The notes under the pieces: generated by a model
Told to the model about the DNA's origin: nothing
Database searches by the model: none
Seen by the model: only the letters and a program-made list of their open reading frames with translations
Part shown: positions 63,301 through 64,000 of the stretch, in pieces
Layout: the number at the start of each line of letters is the position of its first letter
Numbering within the stretch: the first letter of the stretch is position 1
From: Camelus ferus
Lineage: Eukaryota
Assembly (NCBI RefSeq): GCF_009834535.1
Contig: NC_045707.1
Span: forward strand, 48,300,001-48,364,000
DNA length: 64,000 nucleotides
Direction: 5' to 3'
Made by a program: the position numbers and the translations under genes

Positions 63301-64000
63301 GAATGATCTCTGGACCCCACTTGCTTTTTCAACTTAAACCCAAGCTGATAAGGTGAGTAGATAGAGCCATGCTTTCAAGCTTTGGCCATAATGAACTGAA
63401 TTAGCTTTTCTTGATTAACTTGTCTTGTTTCAATAAAAAAAAAGTTCCATAATTATTCTCGGCAAGCATCCAAAAATATGCCTTACTATCCAGTTCCAAT
63501 TAATAATGTGTGACTTGTTAAAAACAGATTTTGTTCATTTGAAGGTTTTAATAGCACCCAGTTTCAACTTAGTTCTCTTGGGAAAATATTTAGCATGCAT
63601 TTAGCTAGCTTGACATACACAACTAATTAATTTGTCTAAAGCGAGCTATTATATGAATCATAAACAAAGAACTGAAAATTGAAATAGTGCCAGAATGAAA
63701 GCTTGAGGTACCTTATGCTTAATTAGCCTCAGGTTATTTTTTGGTCCTTATTTCTATTAAATAAGGCACACTAGATTTATGTTTTGCCATTTTCCAGATA
63801 GAAAACAAAATTCATATATAGTAATGGGTGTTCTTTATGCATTTTTAGAAATTAAAAGAGCTTTCAGAAATCTAAATTTTAAGAAATATGTCTAACTGAC
63901 AGAGATTAAATGATGATGGGTAGGCTGACAAACGAACATGAGCTCCGGTGCCTCACTCCCTAGCTCAGTCCTAGAGATGCAAAGAAACAAGAAGGAGGTT

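Overview
AT-rich, CpG-depleted placental-mammal genomic DNA with no protein-coding exon, RNA gene or CpG island that I can support. Much of the window is decayed interspersed repeats: L2, MIR, L1/HAL1, MaLR and ERVL LTRs, one ERV1-type LTR, hAT MITEs and microsatellites. All ORFs in the track are chance ORFs or transposon remnants (L1 ORF2 C-terminus, an ORF1-like remnant, ERVL pol C-terminus). A cetartiodactyl-type L1 3' end, with no Alu, Bov-tA/Bov-A2/BovB, CHR-2 or PRE-1 SINEs, suggests a camelid genome (inference). LTR and L1 copies lie mostly on the minus strand, which hints at an intron of a plus-strand transcription unit. The best leads are repeat-free, motif-dense islands (~48.2-49.05 kb with paired octamer and SOX sites; ~29.9-30.8 kb with spaced homeodomain sites) that look like conserved developmental enhancers. 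I found no convincing novel biological system. Repeat family names come from recalled consensus sequences, and boundaries are approximate unless a TSD or terminus is quoted.
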